From Pseudomonadota bacterium (GTDB taxonomy: Bacteria; Myxococcota; JACRCW01; JAFGSX01), in the NCBI GenBank assembly GCA_043821645.1, contig JBDRCO010000123.1, positions 1 to 45,422 on the forward strand: a stretch of DNA of 45,422 nucleotides, written 5' to 3'. Positions 18,703 through 27,802 of the stretch are shown in pieces. A model generated the notes under the pieces. It saw only the letters and a list, made by a program, of their open reading frames with translations. It was not told the origin of the DNA and did not search any database. The position numbers were made by a program, and so were the translations under genes. Position 1 is the stretch's first letter; every line of letters begins with the position of its first letter.

Positions 18703-19760
18703 GATCCCCTCTTCGGCGCCTCGACTTCCGGGGTCTTGAGTCCAAGCGTGCGCCCGACCAGTCCAGGAGCCAGGGCCGAGAAGGGCTCCTTCTGCTGCAG
18801 GTACCAGTCGGTGGCCGTCTCGCCAGCCTTGAGCAGGGCCGCGGGAATGGCCGCGCTGTGCTTTTCGGCCAGGTTCCGCTTCAGGGTGCGCGACGCGAAC
18901 AGCGCCGCGAACACGTCGACCAGAACCTCGTCCGGCTTGGCCACGGCGTCCGCCGCGACCCCCCGGGCTGCGAGGGCCTTGCCCACCGCAACCGGGTCCT
19001 GGGCCTTGAGCGCCCGATGCACCTCGGGCCGGAGCAGGTCGCGAAGCGCCGCCACCAGCACCGCCTGTTCGGGCTCGGTCTCGTCGACACCAGGCCCCAC
19101 GACGAGGTAGCGAGCCTCGGCATCCCGCCCCCTGAACAGGCTACCGTGCGCATCCAGCGGATTGACCACGATGATCAGTCGCGGAGCGTCTCCCTCGTCC
19201 TCGTCCTCGAGCATGCTCTCGTCGTCCGCCGACAGTCGCACCATCTCCCGGCCCCGGGCCGCGTTCTTGTCCAGGACCGTCAGCCAGGCCTTGGCCTCGA
19301 CGCGCAGCGGCTCGCGCTTGGCCTCGTACAGGGCCGCCGCATGCTTCTTGAAGAAGTCCTGCAACAGCGTGGAGAGTTGCTGCTGTGCCTCGTCCGCCCC
19401 CTCGGCCGCGGCGAAGGCGGGCGGCTGTCCCAGGCGCAGGGTGCGCTCGACGTACTCGCCCAGGGCCCATGGATTTTGCTCGACGAAGCGGCGAGCGGGA
19501 TCCAGCGTCGGCGCCTTGGGCAGCAGCTCGACGCGCAGTTCCTGCCGCAGGCTGGTGAACAGCGGAGCCTTCAGCGGCGTGGGCCCCTGACGCGTCTCGC
19601 GGTCGTAGCCCAGGGCGTTGAACAGCGCGAACAGCGTGAACACCCGGGCATCGGCCCGGACCTCGACCCCGTCCTGAGAGAACAGCCCGCCAAGATCCTG
19701 CGCCGCTCCGCGCTGGGCGACTGCTGCCATCACGATCCCCACCACCATCAGCCGCCGCAT
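18699..19760 (-). CDS. Secreted hypothetical protein
   Basis: ATG follows GGAGG; signal peptide MRRLMVVGIVMAAVAQRGAA; 4-bp overlap with the downstream gene. Confidence 0.75.
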   Translation of the reverse strand: MRRLMVVGIVMAAVAQRGAAQDLGGLFSQDGVEVRADARVFTLFALFNALGYDRETRQGPTPLKAPLFTSLRQELRVELLPKAPTLDPARRFVEQNPWALGEYVERTLRLGQPPAFAAAEGADEAQQQLSTLLQDFFKKHAAALYEAKREPLRVEAKAWLTVLDKNAARGREMVRLSADDESMLEDEDEGDAPRLIIVVNPLDAHGSLFRGRDAEARYLVVGPGVDETEPEQAVLVAALRDLLRPEVHRALKAQDPVAVGKALAARGVAADAVAKPDEVLVDVFAALFASRTLKRNLAEKHSAAIPAALLKAGETATDWYLQQKEPFSALAPGLVGRTLGLKTPEVEAPKRGS

Positions 19761-19839
19761 GTTCGATCTCCCTCCGTGCCCGGTCCACATTCTTCGGCTC
19801 TGTCCACACTGTGAAGCCATGCCGACGGCCACGCGTCGC

Positions 19840-20865
19840 TCACCCGTTATGACTCGCCCCTCGATGGCGTCGCACACGCTCGAGGTTTCGCTGGTACTTC
19901 TCATTGTCAGGATCCAGGCTCAGCGCCCGCCGCAGGTGGGTCTCGGCCTTCTCGAGATCAAAATGCGCTCTGAGCAAGGCCAGCCCGAGACGGTGGTGCA
20001 CCGCGGCCAGGGGTTCGTGCTCGTCGAGCGCTGCCTCGAGCAGGCGGACCGCGGTGGCGTGGTCCCCCTGCTGGTACGCTCGCACCGCGAGCCCGTGCAG
20101 AACCTTGGCGCGCTCGGCAGCATGCGTGGGGTCCTTGAGCGTGACCTGCCACGCCAGCGCCCGCTCCGAGTTCGGAGCGTGCACCAGCGCCAGCCGCACC
20201 AGTTCGCGCGCTCTGTCCAGGTCCGCAGCAGCCACGGCGTCCTCGGCCTGCTCCAGCAGCACGTCGGGGTCACCCTCCACCGCGGCCACTCTCGACGGAG
20301 CGGCCGCAGCCTTCTTGAGCGCGAGCCGGCTCAAGGCTGCCGAATCGTCGGCGACCGGCGCGAGCATCGACGACGGGGCGACGGTCTGGACCGGAGCGCG
20401 CTCGTCGATGTCCAGGATGCCCTTCTCGTGTAGCGAGGACATCGCGGTCACGGCCTCGAACAGGGTCAGGCCGGACATCTCCATGATGTCGTGGACCGAG
20501 GTCTGGCCATCGACCAGGGACAGCAGGTAGCCCTCGAAGGGGGTCAAACCCGCCTGCGCGAGGTCGATGCCGGGGCGCAGCGAAGGGATCACGTGGGCCA
20601 TGTGCCGGCCCGCATCGGTGACGCCCGTCAGTTCGAGGGCGCGCTGCATGCTATCCATGGCCACGACGGCCGAGTCGCTGTCCGCGAACGAGCTGTCCGC
20701 CTCGCTGGAAGTCCAGGCCTCGCTGTCGGTCAGCCCGCTGTCGACATCGATCTCGGGGGAGTCGTGCACGGGCGACGGCTCATCGCCCAGGCGCAGCCCG
20801 CAGGTCGAGCACAGGCCGGCCTCGGCGTCGATCTGCCCCCCACATCGGCTACATCTCAGGAACAC
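19840..20865 (-). CDS. Zinc-ribbon, winged-helix-like and TPR protein
   Basis: CSRC..CSTC; 'LTPFEGYLLSLVDGQTSVHDI' segment common in myxobacterial proteins; C-terminal TPRs. Start put at GTG 20865 because of an upstream TTGACA-N17-CAAGGT (20926-20898). Confidence 0.75.
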   Translation of the reverse strand: MFLRCSRCGGQIDAEAGLCSTCGLRLGDEPSPVHDSPEIDVDSGLTDSEAWTSSEADSSFADSDSAVVAMDSMQRALELTGVTDAGRHMAHVIPSLRPGIDLAQAGLTPFEGYLLSLVDGQTSVHDIMEMSGLTLFEAVTAMSSLHEKGILDIDERAPVQTVAPSSMLAPVADDSAALSRLALKKAAAAPSRVAAVEGDPDVLLEQAEDAVAAADLDRARELVRLALVHAPNSERALAWQVTLKDPTHAAERAKVLHGLAVRAYQQGDHATAVRLLEAALDEHEPLAAVHHRLGLALLRAHFDLEKAETHLRRALSLDPDNEKYQRNLERVRRHRGASHNG

Positions 20866-20948
20866 GGTGACTCGCCCCTGGCCACGACGGAGCACGAACC
20901 TTGAGTGAAGCCAGGCCCCTTGTCAACACGCCCGCGTCACGGTTGCCT

Positions 20949-21389
20949 TCATGGCACCGCGTCGTCAAAGCGCAGATGAGGGGCAAGCAGGAGGGCCCGA
21001 CGCGGTCCAATACCCGGCACGCGTTGCAGGTCCTCAGGTCCCGAGAAGGCTCCGCCTCGTTCGCGTTCATCCACCACGGCACGGGCCAGGTTTCGCGACA
21101 GGCCAGCAAGGGCCTGGAGTTCGCGCGCACTGGCGCTGTTGACGCGGAGAGCCTGCCCCAGCAGCACGGCGCGGGCCCCGCGGGGCTCCAGGCCGACGCC
21201 GTCACAGCGGGCGGTCCAGGGCTGGCGAAGGTTTGCCGGGGGCAGGTCCACCACGGACCCGACCTGTACCGGCTGCGGGCACGACGGTCGCTGCGGTCCC
21301 GAGGACAAGAAGCTCGGAGCCACGGGCACCCAGGCCAGGGCGAGAGTCGTCGCCAGGGCCAGGGCGGGACCTTGTGCGCCCCTCGTCAC
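20949..21389 (-). CDS. ComEA-like helix-hairpin-helix DNA-binding protein
   Basis: VNSASARELQALAGL...GAFSGPEDLQRVPGIGP with a hydrophobic N-terminus. GTG 21389 overlaps the upstream stop (GTGA). Confidence 0.85.
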   Translation of the reverse strand: MTRGAQGPALALATTLALAWVPVAPSFLSSGPQRPSCPQPVQVGSVVDLPPANLRQPWTARCDGVGLEPRGARAVLLGQALRVNSASARELQALAGLSRNLARAVVDERERGGAFSGPEDLQRVPGIGPRRALLLAPHLRFDDAVP

Positions 21390-21856
21390 GGCCGCGCCCC
21401 GGCCAGGCCCTCCAGCACCTCGAAACACAGGGTGCTGGCCAGCTGGCTGCTGTGCTGTTCGACCAGCAGAGCAAAGCCTCGGGGTGAGATCTCGAGCTCG
21501 ATGGGCGAGATCTGGTTGCGCACCAGGGCCTCGTTGCACAGTGCTGCGGCCTGCTGGCTGCCGTCGAGGTCGGCGACCTGGATCCAGGCCAGGTCGCGCT
21601 GCACCTCGCAGCGTGCCCCGAGCCGCCGTGCGCGCTCCCGCAGACGTCGCAGGACATCCGTACTCGCGACATCGTGCACGATGATCCGCGCTGGGCCACC
21701 GTCGTGTCCTGATCCCAGGCTGGCGCGGAGCACGGGGTTATCGGTGCGCGCCAGGGCGGCCAGGATCCGGGATCTCGTGGCGGTTTCCGGGGGCAGGTCG
21801 TGCAACGCCATCCGCTGCATGGGCTCCAGGCGAATCAGCGAAAAGCCAGCTCCCAT
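21386..21856 (-). CDS. Hypothetical protein, possibly tandem ACT-like domains
   Basis: 156 aa, coupled to the comEA-like gene; the pattern loosely resembles the aspartokinase regulatory region (DLAWIQV...ALVRNQI...ISPRGFALLVE). Confidence 0.55.
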   Translation of the reverse strand: MGAGFSLIRLEPMQRMALHDLPPETATRSRILAALARTDNPVLRASLGSGHDGGPARIIVHDVASTDVLRRLRERARRLGARCEVQRDLAWIQVADLDGSQQAAALCNEALVRNQISPIELEISPRGFALLVEQHSSQLASTLCFEVLEGLAGARP

Positions 21857-21977
21857 GCGGGTTCCCTCGCCTGCTGTGGGCTTCGGGCCGGGTCCTTGCT
21901 CGTGTGGGGCAAGGTATGACACTGCATTTTCAAAAAAACAACGAAACATGTGACGGTAAGATACGATATTGAGGGGG

Positions 21978-21993
21978 TGGCGCAGGGAGCGCT
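21978..21993 (+). promoter_or_regulatory. Putative sigma54 (-24/-12) promoter
   Basis: TGGCGCAGGGAGCGCT gives GG-N10-GC in an AT-rich intergenic region about 55 bp upstream of the LysM gene. Confidence 0.55.
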
Positions 21994-22046
21994 GGGTATA
22001 AAGATACATTCCGCGGTATAAACGGTCGACGGCACCGGAGGGAACA

Positions 22047-23390
22047 ATGACGAAGGTCACGAGCAATCCACCAAGCTACACTCCCAATGTCGGCTCGACC
22101 TCCGCGGGGTCTACGGGATCATCCGGACCCGCCGCCGGCGGTACCTACAGCGTGAAGCAAGGGGACACGCTGTGGTCCCTGGCACAGAAGGTCTATGGCG
22201 ACGGCAACCGCTGGCGCGACATCGCCGAGGCCAATCCGGGCGTCGTCGGCAAGGACGGCGGTGTCAAGGTTGGCGACAGCATCAAGTTCCCGGGCGAGGT
22301 CAAGACCGACAAGGTCGCCGGCGATCCCTCGGCCGACGCCAAGAAGGTGATCGACGACGGCAAGCCCGCGGCCACGAATCCCCCACCCGCGGGAGACCCC
22401 GCGCTCAAGGAAGACTTCAACACCCTGCGCAACCTGGCCAACACCGGCGGGCTCACCACCACCCGTGACAACTCCGGCGGCTGGACCGACGCCAAGAAGG
22501 ACGTGTCCGACGAGGCCAGGAGCGACGCCAAGTTTGCCCAGAGCAAGTCCGGTCGCAAGCTCACCGAGGCCAAGACCGAGGTCAACCTGGGCAGTACCAA
22601 GAAGAGCTACACCAGGGATGGCGGATGGAAGGACGACAAGAAGGACGTCTCGGACGAGGCTGGCGGGAACAAGCCCCGCGTCGACAAGGACTGGACCGCC
22701 CACGCCACGGTGGCCTCGGTGCAGGTCAGTGGCGAAGCCCAGGTGTGGAAGGCCGAAGGTGAAAAGAAGCTCGCCGAGGGCGTCACGGCCAAGGGACAGG
22801 TGCAGGCGCTGCATGTCGGAGGCGTGGGTTCTGCCTCGGTCGGTGTCGATCTGAAGAAGGGTACGGTCAAGGCCGATGTTTCGGGTCGCGTCGAGGCGCA
22901 ACTGATAGGCGCCGAGGGCTCGATCAAGGCGGACACCGCCCTCGGGACCACCACGGTCAAGGGCAAGGCCTTCGTCGGCGCCGAGGCCACGGGCAATGTC
23001 ACGGTCAACTTTGACCCGCGCAAGGGCGACGTCAAGCTGGGCGCTGGCGTGGATGCCTTCGCCGGTGCCAAGGCGTCGGCCGAGGTCAACCAGAGCGTCA
23101 AGATCGGTGGCCACAACATCGGCTCGGTCGGAGCCAAGGGCGAGGTCTACGCCGGCATCGGCGTCAAGGCCAAGGCCGACGTTGGCTTCGAGGGTGGCAA
23201 GCTCAAGGGCTCGATCGAGCTGGGTGCCGCCCTGGGTGTGGGCGCCGGCATCAAGATCAACGTCGATGTCGACGTGGTTGGTACCGCCAAGGCGGCCTAC
23301 GATGTTGGCAAGAAAGCCGTGAACGCGGTTGCCGACACGGCCAGCAATGCGTACAACGGGGCAAAGAACTTCTTCAAGAGCCTCTGGTAG
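22047..23390 (+). CDS. LysM protein with a Gly/Ala/Val-rich beta-strand C-terminal domain (candidate secreted effector)
   Basis: GGAGG RBS; Ser/Thr/Gly-rich N-terminus with no signal peptide; LysM (YSVKQGDTLWSLAQKVYGDGNRWRDIAEAN); C-domain with AFAGAKA..VYAGIG..LGAALGVG. Confidence 0.85.
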   Translation: MTKVTSNPPSYTPNVGSTSAGSTGSSGPAAGGTYSVKQGDTLWSLAQKVYGDGNRWRDIAEANPGVVGKDGGVKVGDSIKFPGEVKTDKVAGDPSADAKKVIDDGKPAATNPPPAGDPALKEDFNTLRNLANTGGLTTTRDNSGGWTDAKKDVSDEARSDAKFAQSKSGRKLTEAKTEVNLGSTKKSYTRDGGWKDDKKDVSDEAGGNKPRVDKDWTAHATVASVQVSGEAQVWKAEGEKKLAEGVTAKGQVQALHVGGVGSASVGVDLKKGTVKADVSGRVEAQLIGAEGSIKADTALGTTTVKGKAFVGAEATGNVTVNFDPRKGDVKLGAGVDAFAGAKASAEVNQSVKIGGHNIGSVGAKGEVYAGIGVKAKADVGFEGGKLKGSIELGAALGVGAGIKINVDVDVVGTAKAAYDVGKKAVNAVADTASNAYNGAKNFFKSLW

Positions 23391-23489
23391 CGCCCCCTCC
23401 CCGACAAAGCGGATCTCCTCCTCTGCCATCGCTTGAGCGCTCCACGCAGCCGTGCTACCTCCCTATCTTCACGAAACGGGAGGTCGGTC

Positions 23490-24680
23490 ATGGCCACTGC
23501 TGCCGCTGCCAAGAAGATCGAGGCGCTGCTTCGCGCCGGGGATGTTGAGGGTGCCGAGAAGCAGATCGCGAGTGCCTTCAAGAAGGATGCAGACGACCCC
23601 GATGCCTTGACCTTCCAGGCCCGGGTGCAGGCCTACCGCGGCGACATCGACACCGCGCTGGCCACCCTGGACAAGGCGCTCAAGATCAAGGGCGGTCACG
23701 TCGACGCCAGGGCCTATCGCGGGTCCATGCTGCTCGAGAAAGGCAAGAACACCGAGGCGCGCGCCCTGCTCGAGGCCGTGGTGCGCGATCACCCGGATCA
23801 TGCCACGGCCAACTTCAACCTGGCCCGCTGCTGGGCCCGGGCCAGCGAGTTCAAGAAGGCGGACACCTTCCTGTCTGCAGCGCTGCGCCTGGATCCGGAC
23901 AATGCCTATTACGTGTTCGCCAAGGCGCGGCTGCTGCTGGACATGGAGCAGTTCGAGGCGTCGTTCGACACGCTCAAGCAGGCCATCAAGCTCAACCCGA
24001 CCTTCGTCGAGGCCTGGCAGGTGCTCACCAACCTGCAGATCAGCCTTGGCAACTACAAGGACGCCGTGGCCAACCTGCGCGAGGCGGTCCGGGTCAACCC
24101 CGAAGTCTCCGAGCTTCGCAGCGGGCTGGTCAATGCGCTGCTGGCCGCTGGCGACGTCGCGTCCTCCGTGCTGGAAGCCGAGGCCATGGCCAAGGACTAC
24201 GCGAATGAGCCCGAGGTGCTGGCCAACCTGGGGTCCGTGTACATGGCCGCCGAGCGCTATCCCGACGCCGAGATCGCCCTTCGCCAGGCCCTGACCAAGG
24301 ATCCCGGCCACGCCCGCGCAGCCTACCAGCTGGGTATGCTGCTCGAAGCCACCGAGGACGAGAAGAACGTCAAGGAGGCCGCAGGCCTCTTCCAAAGGGC
24401 CATCGCCAGCGACGCCGACTTCTGGAAGCCCTACAATGATCTCGGGTTGATCCACCTCAACCACGAGGCCTTCAAGGACCTCGACAAGGGCTTTGGCCTG
24501 ATCCAGAAGGCGGTGGAGCTCGCCGGCGACGTGCCGGATCCCAAGTTCAACCTGGCCCTGGCCCACGCCAAGAAGGGCAATGCACAGCAGGCCACCCAGC
24601 TGTGCAACGAGGTCATGGTCCATCCCATGGCTCGCCCCGCCCTGAAAGAAATGGCCGAGGCCCTGATCAAGGCGCTCTGA
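23490..24680 (+). CDS. Cytoplasmic multi-TPR protein
   Basis: ATG follows GGGAGG; repeated TPR patterns (A..NLA, ALRLDPDN, AIKLNP, YNDLG); no signal peptide. Confidence 0.88.
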   Translation: MATAAAAKKIEALLRAGDVEGAEKQIASAFKKDADDPDALTFQARVQAYRGDIDTALATLDKALKIKGGHVDARAYRGSMLLEKGKNTEARALLEAVVRDHPDHATANFNLARCWARASEFKKADTFLSAALRLDPDNAYYVFAKARLLLDMEQFEASFDTLKQAIKLNPTFVEAWQVLTNLQISLGNYKDAVANLREAVRVNPEVSELRSGLVNALLAAGDVASSVLEAEAMAKDYANEPEVLANLGSVYMAAERYPDAEIALRQALTKDPGHARAAYQLGMLLEATEDEKNVKEAAGLFQRAIASDADFWKPYNDLGLIHLNHEAFKDLDKGFGLIQKAVELAGDVPDPKFNLALAHAKKGNAQQATQLCNEVMVHPMARPALKEMAEALIKAL

Positions 24681-24682
24681 GC

Positions 24683-25111
24683 ATGCGCAGTACGGGACTG
24701 CTGATCGCTGGACTGGCCGCCGTGCTGGCGTTCACCGCCACGGGTTGCGGCAAGCGCTGCGACAGCGCGGACGGCTGCAAGAAGACCTGCAAGTGCAATG
24801 ACTCCGCCGAAGCGATCACCATCGATTGCGCCATGACCTTCAACTGCAATCCCGACGGCAAGGTCTGCGACACCATGTACGACCGCAGCTGCGACGAGAT
24901 CTGCAACACCTATGCTGCCGTCGACGCATGCGGGCGTCAGTGCACCAAGGACGAGCAGTGCCTGCTGCGTTGCACCTGCGAGATCGAGAATGTCGGCAGC
25001 ATCATCTGCGAGCAGCCCTTCGACTGCCGCGAGGACGTCGGTGTGTGCGAGGCCGCACACGGCCTGACCAGCTGCGAGGCCCTGTGCCAGGTCTGCTACG
25101 TCGGTCCCTGA
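24683..25111 (+). CDS. Cys-rich lipoprotein with two internal 10-Cys repeats
   Basis: Lipobox-type leader ending ATGC; 21 Cys in the mature chain; starts 2 bp after the TPR stop. Confidence 0.85.
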   Translation: MRSTGLLIAGLAAVLAFTATGCGKRCDSADGCKKTCKCNDSAEAITIDCAMTFNCNPDGKVCDTMYDRSCDEICNTYAAVDACGRQCTKDEQCLLRCTCEIENVGSIICEQPFDCREDVGVCEAAHGLTSCEALCQVCYVGP

Positions 25112-25129
25112 AGCATCGCGGAGACAGCC

Positions 25130-26665
25130 ATGACAGCTGAGATCGTCGTCATCGACGGCCAGAGCCTGCGCATCGAGCAGGTCGAGCAGGTGGCCCGACA
25201 GGGCGCCCGCGTCACCCTCGGGGACGATGCCAGGGAACGCATGACCCGCTCGCGTGCGCTGGTCGAGAGACTCGCCCATGGCACCAAGCCCGTGTACGGC
25301 CTCAACACGGGGTTTGGCGCGCTCGCCGAGATCCGCATCGACGAGAAGGACCTGGAGCGTCTGCAGCGCAACCTGATCCTGTCCCACGCCGTCGGGGTGG
25401 GAGAACCGCTCCCCTTTGACGCCGCGCGGGCTTCCATGGTGCTGCGCGCCAACGTGCTGGCCACGGGTTGCGCGGGCGTGCGTGTCGAGGTGGTGGAGAC
25501 CCTCATCGACCTGCTCAACGCTGATGTGGCACCGCGGATCCCGTCGCGAGGCTCCGTGGGTGCGTCAGGAGACCTGGCGCCCCTGGCCCACATCGCCCTG
25601 CTGCTCATGGGTGACGGCGAGGCCATGCTTCGAGGTCTGCGCGTGAGTGCCGCCGAGGCCCTGGCAGCAGCCGGCCGTGGGCCCCTGGTCCTCCAGGCCA
25701 AGGAAGGCCTGGCACTGGTCAACGGCACACAGGTGATGGCTGGCCTTGGCTGCCTCGTGCTCCTCGACTCCGAGCGCCTGGCAAGCCTGGCCGACGTGGC
25801 CGGCGCGTGCACCGTCGAGGGCTACATGGGCACCTCGCGGGCCTTCGACCCCCGCATCCAGGCCGTCCGTCCGCACCCGGGCCAGGCCACCGTGGCCAGG
25901 AACCTGCGGGACCTGCTGGCGGACTCGCAGATCTACGAGAGCCATCGCTTCTGTGGCAAGGTACAGGATCCCTACTCGATGCGGTGCATGCCCCAGGTCC
26001 ATGGCGCCACCCGGGATGCGCTGGCCTACGTGCGGCGCGTGCTCGAGGTGGAGATCAACAGCGCCACCGACAACCCCCTGGTGTTTGCGGACGACGACGA
26101 GATGATCAGTGGCGGCAACTTTCATGGCCAGCCGCTGGCCCTGGCCATGGACTTTCTGGGTATTGCCATGGCCGAGCTCGCCAGCATCAGTGAGCGTCGC
26201 ACCGAGCACCTCGTCAACCCCACACTCTCGGGACTGCCCGCGTTTCTCGTCGAGGACAGCGGGCTCAATAGCGGCCTCATGATCACCCAGGTCACCGCCG
26301 CGGCCCTGATCAGCGAGAACAAGGTGCTGGCGCATCCGGCCTCGGTCGACAGCATTCCCTCCTCGGCCAATCGCGAGGACCATGTCTCCATGGGCATGAC
26401 CGCCGCGCTCAAGGCCCGGCAGATCGTGGACAATGTGTGCTGGGTCCTGAGCATCGAAATCCTGGCCGCGTGCCAGGCTCTGGAATTCAGGCTGCCCCTG
26501 AGACCAGGGGTGGGACCTGGGGCGGTGTATGACCAGGTACGCACGCGTGTGCCACCACTGCACGGTGATCGCCGACTCGAGCTCGACATGCACGCGGTGC
26601 ACGAACTGATGACCAGCGGCCGGCTCCTCGACGCTGTGCGACAGTGTGTGCCCGGGCTGAGCTGA
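25130..26665 (+). CDS. hutH: Histidine ammonia-lyase
   Basis: [15 protein letters not shown], the MIO-forming [37 protein letters not shown] and EDHVSMG. Confidence 0.97.
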   Translation: MTAEIVVIDGQSLRIEQVEQVARQGARVTLGDDARERMTRSRALVERLAHGTKPVYGLNTGFGALAEIRIDEKDLERLQRNLILSHAVGVGEPLPFDAARASMVLRANVLATGCAGVRVEVVETLIDLLNADVAPRIPSRGSVGASGDLAPLAHIALLLMGDGEAMLRGLRVSAAEALAAAGRGPLVLQAKEGLALVNGTQVMAGLGCLVLLDSERLASLADVAGACTVEGYMGTSRAFDPRIQAVRPHPGQATVARNLRDLLADSQIYESHRFCGKVQDPYSMRCMPQVHGATRDALAYVRRVLEVEINSATDNPLVFADDDEMISGGNFHGQPLALAMDFLGIAMAELASISERRTEHLVNPTLSGLPAFLVEDSGLNSGLMITQVTAAALISENKVLAHPASVDSIPSSANREDHVSMGMTAALKARQIVDNVCWVLSIEILAACQALEFRLPLRPGVGPGAVYDQVRTRVPPLHGDRRLELDMHAVHELMTSGRLLDAVRQCVPGLS

Positions 26666-26698
26666 GGTCGGCACCGCAGCCGGCAGGGGGCACCAGCG

Positions 26699-26727
26699 TT
26701 GACAGCCGGGACGTCGATCCCTAACAT
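26699..26727 (+). promoter_or_regulatory. Sigma70 promoter of the lipoprotein-lgt unit
   Basis: TTGACA-N17-TAACAT. Confidence 0.7.
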
Positions 26728-26790
26728 GGTGTGGTCGGTTTCTCGTCGACGCGTGCCCGTGGTCCAGGGGTGCGCATGGGGTCATCATCG

Positions 26791-27780
26791 ATGAAGACGT
26801 TGCACGGGATCGCACTCGCATCCTTCTCGCTGGCAGTGATGTCCCTGGTCGGCTGCGACTCGGCGAGCCTCGATCCTGCGAGCGGCGAAGATCCAAGCCT
26901 GCGCGCGGCCCTGTCCCGGACGCCCGAGGAACTCGAACTGGCGGATCTGCCCGGCCGTCGCGCCGTGGCCGAACGCATGCTGCGGACCGCCCGCACCCAG
27001 GTCGAATCGCAGGAGCGCGAGCAGCTGGAAGCGGCGGCGACGGCTGGGGTCATCGGTGCTGTCGGTGTGGTTGACGGCGAGCGCGATGCGCGGGGCGTGG
27101 ATCCTATCCTGGTCGCCGCGGTGCAGGGCGGGGACGATGCGATCCAGGTCGAAGCCACCGGCACCATCGATTTCTTCACCCCGGAACATCTGACTGCCGA
27201 GGCCCTGGATCCCCGGCTGCGCATCGACGTGGGCTTCCTTCACGAGAGCAGCGAGGCACTCGGCGGTCGCAGCGAGGCACAGACCGTCGAGGCACTGAGC
27301 GGTTTCCTGGGTTCCCTGGGCCAGCAGGCCGCACCCACGGTGACGTCCTGGACGGTGATGCGGAGGCCGGGCCTGCGTGCGGCCCTCGTGCTGCTGGTCG
27401 ACGAGGGAATCCTCGAGGTCAACCCGGCCTTCCTGTACTACATCTCGGCCATTTCGCGCCCGGTGAGCGTGGCGGTGGCCGTGCCTGCGACGGCAGGTGG
27501 TCCGGACAGCAAGCCTCCTGCGGATGACTGGCAGATCTTCCTGCGCTGGCTCGAGAGTGCGGATCCCTCGTCGTGGACCAACCTGGGCACGGGTGAGTCC
27601 CAGTCCTACGATTCGGGGTATTACGAGCCCACGCCCACACCCAACCCGTTCTTGCTCTGCCCCTGCTGCTACTGTTCATCGCTCGGCCTCGGCGTCGAGG
27701 GACCGGCCAGGGGGTTTGCCGCCATCCTGGGCGCACTGCTGCCCCTGGGTGCCCTGATCCTGATCCGCCGCCGCGGCTGA
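26791..27780 (+). CDS. Lipoprotein with a C-terminal Cys/TM/basic (MYXO-CTERM-like) tail
   Basis: Leader MKTLHGIALASFSLAVMSLVGC (lipobox LVGC); ends CPCCYCSS...FAAILGALLPLGALILIRRRG. Confidence 0.75.
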   Translation: MKTLHGIALASFSLAVMSLVGCDSASLDPASGEDPSLRAALSRTPEELELADLPGRRAVAERMLRTARTQVESQEREQLEAAATAGVIGAVGVVDGERDARGVDPILVAAVQGGDDAIQVEATGTIDFFTPEHLTAEALDPRLRIDVGFLHESSEALGGRSEAQTVEALSGFLGSLGQQAAPTVTSWTVMRRPGLRAALVLLVDEGILEVNPAFLYYISAISRPVSVAVAVPATAGGPDSKPPADDWQIFLRWLESADPSSWTNLGTGESQSYDSGYYEPTPTPNPFLLCPCCYCSSLGLGVEGPARGFAAILGALLPLGALILIRRRG

Positions 27781-27802
27781 CCTCTCCCTCGACACCGCAC
27801 GC

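Noticed and set aside
25130-26665. HutH as a biosynthetic Tyr/Phe ammonia-lyase or aminomutase
   Set aside because: The SH specificity motif (LILSHA) indicates histidine ammonia-lyase, and no biosynthetic cluster is nearby.
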